From a virus (taxonomy: Duplodnaviria > Caudoviricetes), in IMG/VR virus record IMGVR_UViG_3300044546_000600, positions 10,590 through 74,589 of that record: a DNA stretch of 64,000 bases; one strand, given 5' to 3'. Every line of letters begins with the position of its first letter. The first letter of the stretch is position 1. The notes beneath the pieces are model-generated. The model did not search any database and was not told the origin of the DNA. It saw only the letters and a program-made list of their open reading frames with translations. Positions 46,235-55,518 of the stretch are shown here, piece by piece. The translations under genes and the position numbers were made by a program.

Positions 46235-46641
46235 AGTTCTACTCCTTGTTTTGAGAAAATCTCATGGTTGATTTCCTCGTCTTCGTAAATCTCTACGAGC
46301 AAGATTCCGTTTGTCAAGCAAAACTTCATCTTTAAATCGTCTCTCTTCAACTGCGCGAGCCAGTTGAGTCGATTGTTATTGTGGAAAAACTTGTTAAATT
46401 GCTGGTGCTGTTTACCTTGAACTTCTACTGCGATTTTTTTATTCGCGTTGTAGAAGTCCAAAGACAAACGTGTTCCAGCAACACGAAGCTCTTCAAAGAC
46501 AATATCGTGTTTCCAGTAAGAGAATAAAAATTGTTTTACTCTCCATTGAACTTTGCTTCTGGATTTGGCTTTCCAATTAATTAAGAAATTTTTAGAGTTT
46601 TTAATTAATTTTTCTTTGCCATTAAGCGTTTTGAATTTCAT
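46231..46641 (-). CDS. restriction-fold endonuclease (Vsr/DUF559-like)
   Basis: LSLDFYNANKKIAVEVQGKQH...RDDLK; likely start 46641. Confidence 0.75.
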   Translation of the reverse strand: MKFKTLNGKEKLIKNSKNFLINWKAKSRSKVQWRVKQFLFSYWKHDIVFEELRVAGTRLSLDFYNANKKIAVEVQGKQHQQFNKFFHNNNRLNWLAQLKRDDLKMKFCLTNGILLVEIYEDEEINHEIFSKQGVEL

Positions 46642-47794
46642 TAGAAGGATCACTAGAAATCATACCCACAAAAAGCTTGTGGAGGATTTTAGTTAATTTT
46701 TCATTACCTTCAATGAAAGAGAACAGTGCGTTTTCGCCTTGGAACTTTTCTGGAATCTCGATATTGTTAGAAGAACAAATCTCCTTTAAGTCTTCGGAAA
46801 TATAATACCAAGCTCCAGAGCGTTCTACCATTTCCCAAGATAAGAGCATATCTACGATTTCTTTTTCAAGCCAAACAGAACGCCCATTAGTGCGTCCGTA
46901 CTTAATCGGATAAGTGATACGATTCTTGCTTTTTTCGTTTGGACTCTTCTTGATATAGATTTTGCAGTAATGACCAATGATAGGATTCTTTATTGGATCA
47001 GATTTCTTGATTGATGGGTCTTTCAGAATAACGTCGCCTTCAAAACGAGGCTCAAACTCGAAAATGAAATTGGCGAAGTGCAGCAGAGCATTACCACCAG
47101 TAGCGGATGTTTGGCGAATAGGAGCTTTGCTATATGGGTCGAGTTGAATATCACTTCTAACTTGAGAGATAAAGATTGCCATGTGACCGCGTTTGGTCAG
47201 ACCAATAGACATACGCTTCATAAAGTCCGACGCAATTACAGCACCGCCAGCGACTTTCTTAGAGTCTTCAAAGTTTTTGTTCAAATCTCCTTTGGAAATT
47301 AATCCGTCAACAGAGTCCAGAACAAACATATACTTAGCCTTGTCTTCGTTGAACTGAACCAACTGGCGCATTGCATCTACAGCTGTCTCGTAAATATTGC
47401 ACTCAAATACGAAACAGGTTCCAACATCCCAAGATTCAGCGTCAAAAACAAACTTAACACCAGAACGTTTTTGCATTTCATCAGAAAGGCGACCTTCTGC
47501 TTTGATGAAAAAGCCTTTTGAATTTGGAACTGTATTTAAGAAGTTACGCATAACTTCAAGAGCGGCGGATGTTTTACCGCCTTCGGTAAAGCCAACGAAC
47601 CGATGAAGGCCCGGTCCAATGCCTCCGCTGGTCTGCATATCTAAATTTAGAGAACCAGTAGAAACTTTATAATTACAAGTCTCTTCAAAGTTGTAATGAT
47701 CTTCCTTCTTGTCGTTCAAAAATGATTTGAGGACAGAATTAGACGAAACGTTTGCTTCTGCTTTTTCTTCTTTTACTTTTTCTTTCTTGCTCAT
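46622..47794 (-). CDS. recA: RecA/UvsX-like recombinase
   Basis: STGSLNLD, GFTEGGKT, VLDSVD, FISQVR, GGNALLHFA. Confidence 0.9.
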   Translation of the reverse strand: MSKKEKVKEEKAEANVSSNSVLKSFLNDKKEDHYNFEETCNYKVSTGSLNLDMQTSGGIGPGLHRFVGFTEGGKTSAALEVMRNFLNTVPNSKGFFIKAEGRLSDEMQKRSGVKFVFDAESWDVGTCFVFECNIYETAVDAMRQLVQFNEDKAKYMFVLDSVDGLISKGDLNKNFEDSKKVAGGAVIASDFMKRMSIGLTKRGHMAIFISQVRSDIQLDPYSKAPIRQTSATGGNALLHFANFIFEFEPRFEGDVILKDPSIKKSDPIKNPIIGHYCKIYIKKSPNEKSKNRITYPIKYGRTNGRSVWLEKEIVDMLLSWEMVERSGAWYYISEDLKEICSSNNIEIPEKFQGENALFSFIEGNEKLTKILHKLFVGMISSDPSNEIQNA

Positions 47795-48243
47795 GATAAA
47801 AATTCCTTTAGTGTTGGTTTAGGTTTAATGTTAAAATCTTCTCCAACCTTGTCTGTCAAGACGATTGTTTGGGTTGGTTGTGGCTGATAGTAAAACTCAT
47901 TGCGCTTGATTTCAAGTTCCGCCGCTTTCCAATCAGCATAATAAAAAGCGAGACTCTCAACCTTCTTGATAGGAACATATTCCGACAAGAATTTAAAGCC
48001 GTATCTTTCCTCAAGCTGCCTGAGAATAGTAAACTCTTTCTTCCAAAACTCAGCGGTGGTGCGCTTTGGCATACTCACAAATCTAGCAACGATAACACGA
48101 CGAGACGCTTTCTTTGCTGGTTTTGGCTTCTTGACTCTAGGTTTACGAGGTGCTCTTTCGGCGCGAGGCTTCCTTGGTTTTCTAGGTTTACGAACCTTGA
48201 CTACCTCTGGAGACTGAATCTCTAGTTGAAATGGCTCTTCCAT
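47791..48243 (-). CDS. hypothetical protein with K/R/P-rich basic region
   Basis: KVRKPRKPRKPRAERAPRKPRVKKPKPAKK. Confidence 0.7.
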   Translation of the reverse strand: MEEPFQLEIQSPEVVKVRKPRKPRKPRAERAPRKPRVKKPKPAKKASRRVIVARFVSMPKRTTAEFWKKEFTILRQLEERYGFKFLSEYVPIKKVESLAFYYADWKAAELEIKRNEFYYQPQPTQTIVLTDKVGEDFNIKPKPTLKEFLS

Positions 48244-48272
48244 GCGGCCACAAGAAAGCAGTTATCACCAAC

Positions 48273-48285
48273 TGTCAATACTTTT
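48273..48285 (-). promoter_or_regulatory. A-tract plus TTGACA promoter-like element
   Basis: Minus-strand AAAAAGTATTGAC, the same 13-mer as upstream of dut; -10 poor. Confidence 0.35.
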
Positions 48286-48717
48286 TTAAGATTTATTTGA
48301 AGCCGCAGCAGAACCAAAGTAAAAGCCTGTAATTGCGATTAAGCATTGGCGTATCTCAGTAGTGATCAAATTGCCTGAAATCTCAACGAAAGCCGTTTTA
48401 GTCTTCTCTGCAACGAAACCTAAGATGTCTCCTCCGTCTTGATAATCTACTTGAAGATAAGTAGGAATGCCCAAAAGGGCCATAAGAAAAGGAGATATAA
48501 CAATAGAGAAGATAACAGAAACAACAATGAACTGTCTAACCATCTTGCCTACGTCGCCATCTCTTTTAGCGGCTTTGTCGGCAGATTCATCAGCTTTATC
48601 TATCGCTTTCATCATTCGATCAAAGCGTAGCTTTTGCTCTTCGGCTTTTGCAGCCATAAAGCGAAAAATGAATCCAACAACAGACCCACCTAATAGACTG
48701 ATTAGTTCAGACGGCAC
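48286..48717 (-). CDS. multi-TM membrane protein, possible holin
   Basis: Three hydrophobic segments; C-terminal GFYFGS as in 3TM-holin-like proteins. Confidence 0.5.
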   Translation of the reverse strand: MPSELISLLGGSVVGFIFRFMAAKAEEQKLRFDRMMKAIDKADESADKAAKRDGDVGKMVRQFIVVSVIFSIVISPFLMALLGIPTYLQVDYQDGGDILGFVAEKTKTAFVEISGNLITTEIRQCLIAITGFYFGSAAASNKS

Positions 48718-48726
48718 ATAGGATAT

Positions 48727-48732
48727 TTACAC
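48727..48732 (-). promoter_or_regulatory. GTGTAA upstream motif
   Basis: 9 nt before the GTG at 48717. Confidence 0.45.
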
Positions 48733-48733
48733 C

Positions 48734-49360
48734 TTAAAGGCCAAAAGCTTCTATCGTCAAAGGGAACTTACCGTCAACTCTTACCAAAGAAAGCATTTCC
48801 GAAGCAATGTCTCGGATTTCCTTTTGGGCGTCTGGCTTATTGCGAAGATTAAGAAAATGGTAGAACGATCTCCAATTAAACATCACATCAGCAGTAACTT
48901 GCGTATTGTAAGTTCTAAAGAATCTAGCGGACTCTTTTGCTCGCTTACGGTCAAAGCCATGATTTTTGACCAAATCTTCTAAGCAGTTATGATAGAGTCT
49001 AAGACCATTATTGGTATAGTTCTCAAGAATCTCTTTCCAATGCTCAGGCCAATCAGAAGGTACGCAGAAGTTATCTTCTTTCATCTCTTTGTATCTGGCA
49101 GACTCGCCGTTGATTGAAACGCCAATTCTGTGCTTCAATAAATGAATATGACTAGCTACGTCAGTAGTAACCAAGAAATGAAGCGACGACTTTTCAAAAG
49201 GCGTATGATGCCCATTTTCGGCAAGCATTTTTAGCAGCGGCCCAATTCTCTGCTTCTTGTCCTCGTTAATATCTCTGGACGTAGAAGTCCAAGCCGAGCA
49301 AGCGTGAACTTGATCGTCGCCATAAATACCAATAAGTTGAACGCTATTTTCTTTATTCAT
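48734..49360 (-). CDS. thyX: flavin-dependent thymidylate synthase
   Basis: HHTPFE, KHRIGVSINGESARY, NWRSFYHFLNLR, AQKEIR; likely start 49360. Confidence 0.92.
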   Translation of the reverse strand: MNKENSVQLIGIYGDDQVHACSAWTSTSRDINEDKKQRIGPLLKMLAENGHHTPFEKSSLHFLVTTDVASHIHLLKHRIGVSINGESARYKEMKEDNFCVPSDWPEHWKEILENYTNNGLRLYHNCLEDLVKNHGFDRKRAKESARFFRTYNTQVTADVMFNWRSFYHFLNLRNKPDAQKEIRDIASEMLSLVRVDGKFPLTIEAFGL

Positions 49361-50285
49361 TGTAAAGTTTGTTATATTGCTGTAAGATTCCTGCGTAATA
49401 TTGGGCGTGGAATTCTGCGCCACTAAGAATTTCAGCGGTAACTTTTTGTCTTTGTTTTAAATATGCAGTAGTTTCTTTATTCTCTAACAAGAATTTTACG
49501 CACGACTCTATATTGTTTTCATCGACATAAACGAATGCTTGATCGAAATCAAACATATGGTAGTACCAAGATATGTCGTTTTGATCTACTGGAGGGCGAA
49601 CGTAAATGCACAAGGAGTTAGACGCCATAGTCCAAATCAAACGCTCCCAAGACGTTGTGTTGCCGTTTACATTTAAAATGAATTTATATTTGAGCTGATC
49701 AGCAATGCTTACGAAATCACTAGAATAAGCTGAGTTTGGCGGCGTCTTTGTGAAATTAGTTATTTTTGCGTCAACGACTTTACTGTTAAAGTATCTTTGG
49801 CAAATACTCACTCTTTGAGTTAACTCTTCCGTAAGGGGTAAACCAGTATCCGAACCAAAGAAACAAGCCTTATCTTGTTTTGCGTCCCATTCAATATCTA
49901 AGTCAGGTAATCGAGAGCAGGTATCAATCGTTCGCCCTATATGAGAATCAGGGACACAAATATGCGGAGAACTTTTTGAACGAGCGAAAACAAACTTACT
50001 TGGATCATCTAAGTATTCGTTGCTTGTCTCGTCATTAAAATTGACCATAAAGTCAAAGTTTAAATCTTTAAGATTATAGTAATTTAATACTTGAGTCGTG
50101 AAAAGCTCAAAAAACTTATATCTAAAAGGATCTAAATAATCTCTACTCTTGTCAAGAGCGGTAAGTTGACAGTCCTTGATTCTAAAAGAAGCTTCGTTTC
50201 TAGCTAACTTGATTCCGCTAAAGTCTTTGAAGATCTTTAATCTGCTAGGATTAAGCTCGTTGTCGATACAGTATTGTACTGGCAT
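49353..50285 (-). CDS. GT90/CAP10-like glycosyltransferase
   Basis: KACFFGSDTG, YKFILNVNGNTTSWERLIWTMASNS, WYY. Confidence 0.75.
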   Translation of the reverse strand: MPVQYCIDNELNPSRLKIFKDFSGIKLARNEASFRIKDCQLTALDKSRDYLDPFRYKFFELFTTQVLNYYNLKDLNFDFMVNFNDETSNEYLDDPSKFVFARSKSSPHICVPDSHIGRTIDTCSRLPDLDIEWDAKQDKACFFGSDTGLPLTEELTQRVSICQRYFNSKVVDAKITNFTKTPPNSAYSSDFVSIADQLKYKFILNVNGNTTSWERLIWTMASNSLCIYVRPPVDQNDISWYYHMFDFDQAFVYVDENNIESCVKFLLENKETTAYLKQRQKVTAEILSGAEFHAQYYAGILQQYNKLYNE

Positions 50286-50291
50286 AACTAA

Positions 50292-51332
50292 CTAAGAACA
50301 TGATTTAATGTCGCTGTCAACCATTTTTTTAGTTAATTGGAAAAAAGTCGTTTTCGGCATCCAGTTTAAATGGCTTCTAGCTTTTGTCGAATCTCCTAGC
50401 AAAAGCTCAACTTCTGCTGGTCTAAAAAACTTTGGATTAACAATCACAAGTGGAATTTTCAATTCTCTATGATAAAGCGCTTCTCCAATAGTGCCTTCTT
50501 TGCCAAACCAATCGCCTTCTATTTTTGCCGCTGCAAAAGCTAATTGGACAAACTCTCTAACTGTATGGGTTTCGTTACTAGACAAAACATAGTCGAGTGG
50601 AGGTTGTATAGATTGATTTAACATTTTCCACACTCCATCGACAAAGTCTTCTGCATCGCTCCAATCTCTTTTAGATGATAAGTTGCCAAGCTCTAATGGA
50701 GCTGGAGTTTTCCCATTTTTTAAATCATTAGCGATTCTAGCTACTCCACAGGTAATCTTTCTGGTAACAAAGTCTTTACCACGGCGAACTCCTTCATGGT
50801 TGAACAGCCAGCCTTGCACGGCATAAAGGTTGTAGGAATCTCTCCACACTTTGACGATATGGCGGGCGGCAGCTTTTGAGGCTCCGTATGGGCTGCGCGG
50901 GCGCAACGGGTGCGTTTCGTCTTGGGGAACGGTGACAACATCGCCAAACTCTTCGGAAGAACCTGCGTTGTAGTAACGGCATTTTGGAGCAAACTTTCTA
51001 ATAGCTTCAAGCTGGAACATGACTGCCAAGCAGTTATTCTGCATATGGTTAAGTGGCATTTCCCAGCTAGTTCCAACGAAAGAATTGGCGGCAAAATTAA
51101 TAAAGTAATCTGGCCTGTAAGTATCTATAACATGATTAGTGCTTTGAGGGTCGCTGATGTCGAGGTCTATCAGTTTAAAACGTGGGTCATAGATATGACT
51201 AATGTTCTGATGGTTAGAAACACTGAGTCTGCGAACTGCGCCAAGAATATTGTAGTCTGTGTTTTTAAGCAAATAGTCGGCCATGAGACTTCCGTCTTGA
51301 CCTGTTACGCCTGTGATAATAACTGTTTTCAT
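50292..51332 (-). CDS. gmd: GDP-mannose 4,6-dehydratase
   Basis: ITGVTGQDGS, YNAGSSEEFG, PRSPYGASK, FNHE, FVTRKIT, RDW, RPAEVELLLGD. Confidence 0.95.
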   Translation of the reverse strand: MKTVIITGVTGQDGSLMADYLLKNTDYNILGAVRRLSVSNHQNISHIYDPRFKLIDLDISDPQSTNHVIDTYRPDYFINFAANSFVGTSWEMPLNHMQNNCLAVMFQLEAIRKFAPKCRYYNAGSSEEFGDVVTVPQDETHPLRPRSPYGASKAAARHIVKVWRDSYNLYAVQGWLFNHEGVRRGKDFVTRKITCGVARIANDLKNGKTPAPLELGNLSSKRDWSDAEDFVDGVWKMLNQSIQPPLDYVLSSNETHTVREFVQLAFAAAKIEGDWFGKEGTIGEALYHRELKIPLVIVNPKFFRPAEVELLLGDSTKARSHLNWMPKTTFFQLTKKMVDSDIKSCS

Positions 51333-51865
51333 GGTTTTTGAATTAAGAAAATATAAGTATTTAATACGTCGTCGGTTGTGAGGGTAAACGGTAAGTTGTA
51401 TTTATTAGAAAAGAACTGAACAGCATTAACCACCTCTCCGAACATTTGAGGATGATAATCGTGACCAGCAACGATTCCATTATTTTTAATCTTTTTATAC
51501 GCCAATTCTAACTCAAGAATTGTTTGATCATATTGATGAGTTGTGTCTATGTAGATAAAGTCAAAAAAGTTATCACGGAAAATAGAAAGAAATTCATCAG
51601 AGCGTTGTCTTGTCACGAAGACGTTGTTAACGTGCTCAAATCTTTTTGAAACAGAATAGAAAAGACTTTCGCCATCATGGATTTCAGCGTTGTTTCCGTT
51701 CTTATCGCCAGATTGAATTGAGCCGCTAAAAGGATCAACAAGATAAAGCTGATCAAATTTTCCAGAGTCCAAAAGAACTTTTGAGAAATCTCCTTTGAAA
51801 ACGCCCAACTCGCATCCAATGCTACGAGAATCAAGCAGGCTTGTTATGTCTTCTCTGTTTTTCAT
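51329..51865 (-). CDS. class I SAM methyltransferase (Methyltransf_24-like)
   Basis: ELGVFKG, LVDPF, FIYIDTTHQY, GHDY. Confidence 0.85.
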   Translation of the reverse strand: MKNREDITSLLDSRSIGCELGVFKGDFSKVLLDSGKFDQLYLVDPFSGSIQSGDKNGNNAEIHDGESLFYSVSKRFEHVNNVFVTRQRSDEFLSIFRDNFFDFIYIDTTHQYDQTILELELAYKKIKNNGIVAGHDYHPQMFGEVVNAVQFFSNKYNLPFTLTTDDVLNTYIFLIQKP

Positions 51866-52556
51866 TTAGGAAGTTGCTCATTTTAATGAACTTAGAAAAC
51901 ATTTCGTTGGAAAATCCACAGAAATGATAGAGCTTTTTTTCAGGAGTAAACCAACAATCGGACGCGAATAATTTAACAACGCTAGATAAATTAAAACATA
52001 AGCTAAAGTCAAAAGCCACGTACTTGCAAACAGCATAGTTGTAAGAAGATTGTTCTAGCCTTGCATCGGCGTGAGGTTCTCCGCTTATAAAAGGCTCATA
52101 CAAAGAACGAACTAAACTCAAGAAGTTAAGATTTTTGAAACAAAACGTGCCAGCATTCAGTCCGTTATTATCTTTAAAAAAGCGAATTTCTTTTTCGTCA
52201 GTGACTCCTTTGTATCGAAACCAGTCCTCATTCATTCTAAGATTTTCAAAGACTATTGATAAGTCGAACTTGTCTTTAACCAAGTCGTTAACGTCGCCAA
52301 AATAAATAATGTCAGAATCCAAGTAAACATAAGCGTCGTATCCAGACGGAACTTTATCGGAGTATTTAAGAAAGCCAACGTAACTATACTTCTTGTCATC
52401 TACGATAGTTTTGTATTTAAATTTTTCTGGAGGTGGGATGCTGGAAATGACGCAGAAATCTACGTTATCTTTTTTTTCGATATTCTCGAAAAGCATTTCA
52501 ATACAGTTGTCAGCGTAGTGTTTAAAATCGGTTACCGTGTAAACTAAAATTTTCAT
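51831..52556 (-). CDS. GT-A glycosyltransferase (GT8-like)
   Basis: YVYLDSD (DxD), LNAG, EQSSYN, LYHFCG. Confidence 0.75.
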   Translation of the reverse strand: MKILVYTVTDFKHYADNCIEMLFENIEKKDNVDFCVISSIPPPEKFKYKTIVDDKKYSYVGFLKYSDKVPSGYDAYVYLDSDIIYFGDVNDLVKDKFDLSIVFENLRMNEDWFRYKGVTDEKEIRFFKDNNGLNAGTFCFKNLNFLSLVRSLYEPFISGEPHADARLEQSSYNYAVCKYVAFDFSLCFNLSSVVKLFASDCWFTPEKKLYHFCGFSNEMFSKFIKMSNFLNEKQRRHNKPA

Positions 52557-53182
52557 CTAAGTAAAGAAGGAATACTGCCTTTTTCGGTTCGCTGGTTAAT
52601 GTGAGGCAAACTCCAGCCAACGTTTAAATTTAAATCAGAAATGATAGAGTTAAGCTGCCAATCAAAAGGCTCTTTAACTGACAGAAGTTTATATCCAATC
52701 ATTTTAGCTATTTTTGGAGAGATCATGTAGCAATGAGCGCACCTGCTCTTTAAGTTCTTGTGGGTATAAACGCCTGATTGAAAACTAGGGTTAATGTCGC
52801 TTCCTCCAAAAGAACCAATAAATAAGATGTCGCAGTTCTGGCGAATGGTTTCGCTAGCGAATAATTGAATGCAATCTTCCCAATTAAAAGAAGGCGGCTC
52901 AATATCATCTTCAAATACAACGCCAAAGTCAGCCGTTGATTCCGAGATCATTTTTGCGGCGTATCGGTGTTTAAAGAAGCACGAAAGCTCCGCTGGATTT
53001 AAAAAGACCCCATTAGCAGAGTGCGGAGAATTTACGACAGGATGGCATTCGATAGCTTTATCTTGCGGCCAAAAGTATTCTACCCAAGTAACCTTTGAAT
53101 CTAGCGTCTCAAAGAACGGAGTGATGTATTCTTTTCTAGCTTTTGCTGGAGGATGATGAATACAGAAATAATCAATCTTCAT
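52553..53182 (-). CDS. GT25-like glycosyltransferase
   Basis: ELSCFFKH, VVFEDD, AHCYMIS, PFDW. Confidence 0.8.
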   Translation of the reverse strand: MKIDYFCIHHPPAKARKEYITPFFETLDSKVTWVEYFWPQDKAIECHPVVNSPHSANGVFLNPAELSCFFKHRYAAKMISESTADFGVVFEDDIEPPSFNWEDCIQLFASETIRQNCDILFIGSFGGSDINPSFQSGVYTHKNLKSRCAHCYMISPKIAKMIGYKLLSVKEPFDWQLNSIISDLNLNVGWSLPHINQRTEKGSIPSLLR

Positions 53183-53838
53183 GGCTTAACGATATAAACC
53201 CCTTCCATATCTATAGGTTGTATGTTGATTTTTTTATCCTGATTTGCGTTTCTAGAATCCAGAAACTCATCGACAGCCTTCTTGCATCCTTTCCACCATC
53301 CATAATCATCAATTATAATTATGCCTCCAGAAGAAACTTTATCATAAAAATAATCTAATTCAAATTTCGTACTTTCGTACCAATCGGTATCTAACCGTAA
53401 TACTGAGATGGTATCTGGAATAAATTCTGTTTTACAAATATCGCCTTTATGATATTTAATTAAATCAGATGGATACTTGCTGTTTTGGGATATGTTTCTC
53501 CGAACTTCTTCAAGGCCAGAAATACAAGACCAAAAAGAATCTTGCTTTATAAGGTCTTTTGCGTCTCTTCCTTTATAATCTTTATCTGCATCAGTGCATG
53601 GAGTCATTCCTTCAAACGTGTCATACAAATGAATTGTGCGATCAAGACAGTTGTTCTTCTCTAAAGCTAAAAGCATAGCTAACATACTGCCGCCTTTCCA
53701 TACGCCAATCTCAACGACATCTCCCAGAACGTTCTTCTGGCAAACACAGTCAATAGCTGCAATATTAAAAAGAAGTCTCTCTCTCGAAAGAAGAGAAAAC
53801 TTAGATGAAGTGTCAGCGATAGTAGAGATCACCAACAA
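53179..53838 (-). CDS. TylF/MycF-family sugar O-methyltransferase
   Basis: GDVVEIGVWKGGS, LYDTFEG, LRLDTDWYESTK, IIDDY. Confidence 0.9.
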   Translation of the reverse strand: MLVISTIADTSSKFSLLSRERLLFNIAAIDCVCQKNVLGDVVEIGVWKGGSMLAMLLALEKNNCLDRTIHLYDTFEGMTPCTDADKDYKGRDAKDLIKQDSFWSCISGLEEVRRNISQNSKYPSDLIKYHKGDICKTEFIPDTISVLRLDTDWYESTKFELDYFYDKVSSGGIIIIDDYGWWKGCKKAVDEFLDSRNANQDKKINIQPIDMEGVYIVKP

Positions 53839-53870
53839 TCATAACAAACGAACAAAAAAATTCTACAGAA

Positions 53871-54644
53871 TTAATCTGTATATTTTTCTTCGCCAGCTTT
53901 CTGATACATGATATAGTTATAAACAGTGTTCATGTAATCATCCATAAGCGCCAGTTTAGCTGCGATAAATGGCTCGGCAAAGTCCATTGCAATTTCTGGA
54001 TCTTTGTTCATCGCTTCGATAAGAGCTTTGGCTTTATCTGCGACGCTTAACAAAGTTTGTTCAGACATTTCCATATACTCTTCGTGAAGATACTTCATAT
54101 CTTCGATATCAGAATCAACAGATTCAACAGAGGCTAAAGCAGTATTTAATTTAAGAAGCTCTTCTTGATCGTGGATTTGATCTTCGATGGAGCCTTTAGT
54201 GACCTGAGTAACGGACTTGCCGCCTTCCCACATACGGCAGCTCCAATAACGAGCTTTCCATTTTGGACCGGGGTTGGTGTCGCACTTATGGCGAGCGCGG
54301 AAACTCTTTCTGCGCTCTGGATCGTCACGTTTAATCTCCATATCTGGATCGCCAAACTTAACAACAACGACATTTCCTTTTGGGTTCTTTACATAAACGC
54401 CAAACTTTTTATTGGAGCCAGATGGCAAACGAAATGGTTTATTTAAAGTTTTCTTTTCCGCTTCTGTATAAGTAAGTTCAATAGCAGCTTGGGCTTTTTC
54501 GTAAGCTTTCTTATCTGGATAATCAGACGAGCCTTTTTTTGCTGGGCGATAGTTTTTGCCCATGCGTTTTTTCTTGTCTCTGATATTTTCCCATAAGCCT
54601 TTCTTTTTGGCTTCTGCGATGTTTTGTGAAAAGTCAAGTTCCAT
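53871..54644 (-). CDS. conserved-type phage protein
   Basis: KKGLWENI, KFGDP...RRKSFRARHKC...ARYWSC motifs typical of large phages. Confidence 0.8.
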   Translation of the reverse strand: MELDFSQNIAEAKKKGLWENIRDKKKRMGKNYRPAKKGSSDYPDKKAYEKAQAAIELTYTEAEKKTLNKPFRLPSGSNKKFGVYVKNPKGNVVVVKFGDPDMEIKRDDPERRKSFRARHKCDTNPGPKWKARYWSCRMWEGGKSVTQVTKGSIEDQIHDQEELLKLNTALASVESVDSDIEDMKYLHEEYMEMSEQTLLSVADKAKALIEAMNKDPEIAMDFAEPFIAAKLALMDDYMNTVYNYIMYQKAGEEKYTD

Positions 54645-54652
54645 ATAATATT

Positions 54653-54658
54653 TTACAC
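54653..54658 (-). promoter_or_regulatory. GTGTAA upstream motif
   Basis: 8 nt before the ATG at 54644. Confidence 0.45.
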
Positions 54659-55338
54659 TAAAAAATTATAGCCTTTATCGTATTTTTGTTTGGGTAAGAT
54701 TCAAGACTTATATAGGTTCCGTTTTGAGGTTCTACAATAAACCACCCGCTACTTGTCCAAACTAAGTTTAACGAGTGCCAAGAGTCAGAGCCGTATGATA
54801 TATCAGCGAAGTTTTTAACCTGCTCTACCACAACAGTTGCCACAGCGACTTGAGCAGAGGTTTTGTTGCTGCGATTGTGTGAAGCAAAACTATATACAAC
54901 AACAAATAAATCAGAGAAATTGTCGCAATCAAATGTTTCTTTTTGATAAGATAATTGATAAAGATCTATAACATCTATCCACCATGAACAGTATTTGTCT
55001 AACCATTGTAAATTTACATTTGAATACTGATTGTCGCGCATAACAACTAAAGCTTCTTTTGGAATGCCGCATTTGTTTAATGATTCAAGAACTGAATCGG
55101 AGTTATAAGCTAAACTAATAAAATCTTGAAAAGGCGGATTTTTTACAAAAAACCCATTTGAAACAAAATTCAATTTGATCTGGTTTTTTGGTGATGAAAA
55201 GTCTGGGCGCGATTCTTTGGACGGATGGTAGCTAGGGCAAAGCTCGTTTTGTTTGGCCAAAATGAAAAATCCAAGGAGGTACAAGAACACTCCCAAGAAC
55301 AGGCAGAAAGGTATGTTTTTTTTGATGCGATGCAGCAC
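54658..55338 (-). CDS. membrane-anchored papain/transglutaminase-like protein
   Basis: N-terminal hydrophobic segment; FDCDNFS, WHSLN and VEPQN suggest a Cys-His-Glu triad. Confidence 0.65.
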   Translation of the reverse strand: MLHRIKKNIPFCLFLGVFLYLLGFFILAKQNELCPSYHPSKESRPDFSSPKNQIKLNFVSNGFFVKNPPFQDFISLAYNSDSVLESLNKCGIPKEALVVMRDNQYSNVNLQWLDKYCSWWIDVIDLYQLSYQKETFDCDNFSDLFVVVYSFASHNRSNKTSAQVAVATVVVEQVKNFADISYGSDSWHSLNLVWTSSGWFIVEPQNGTYISLESYPNKNTIKAIIF

Positions 55339-55346
55339 AGATTTTT

Positions 55347-55352
55347 TTACAC
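55347..55352 (-). promoter_or_regulatory. GTGTAA upstream motif
   Basis: 8 nt before the GTG at 55338. Confidence 0.45.
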
Positions 55353-55365
55353 CTATTTTGGTTTT

Positions 55366-55468
55366 CCCCCTTCCCCTAATCCCTTTCCTTTCCCCCTTTT
55401 CTCCCCCCTTTCATACTATCCCCCCTTATATCCCCCAAACCATACCCTTTTACCCTAACCCCCTTTCC
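55366..55468 (-). other. noncoding G-run tract (G-quadruplex / H-DNA potential)
   Basis: About ten runs of 3-6 C on the plus strand within about 100 nt, almost no G; at a divergent strand switch. Confidence 0.7.
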
Positions 55469-55472
55469 TTTT

Positions 55473-55495
55473 AATAAAAACCTTTGGTTTTTATT
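55473..55495. repeat. perfect inverted repeat / hairpin
   Basis: AATAAAAACC-TTT-GGTTTTTATT. Confidence 0.75.
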
Positions 55496-55518
55496 GCGCT
55501 CTGCGCGATTTTTTTTGG

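Noticed and set aside
55225-55474. Pro/Phe-rich ORFs across the C-rich tract
   Set aside because: They overlap a good minus-strand gene, and their composition simply reflects the C/T tract
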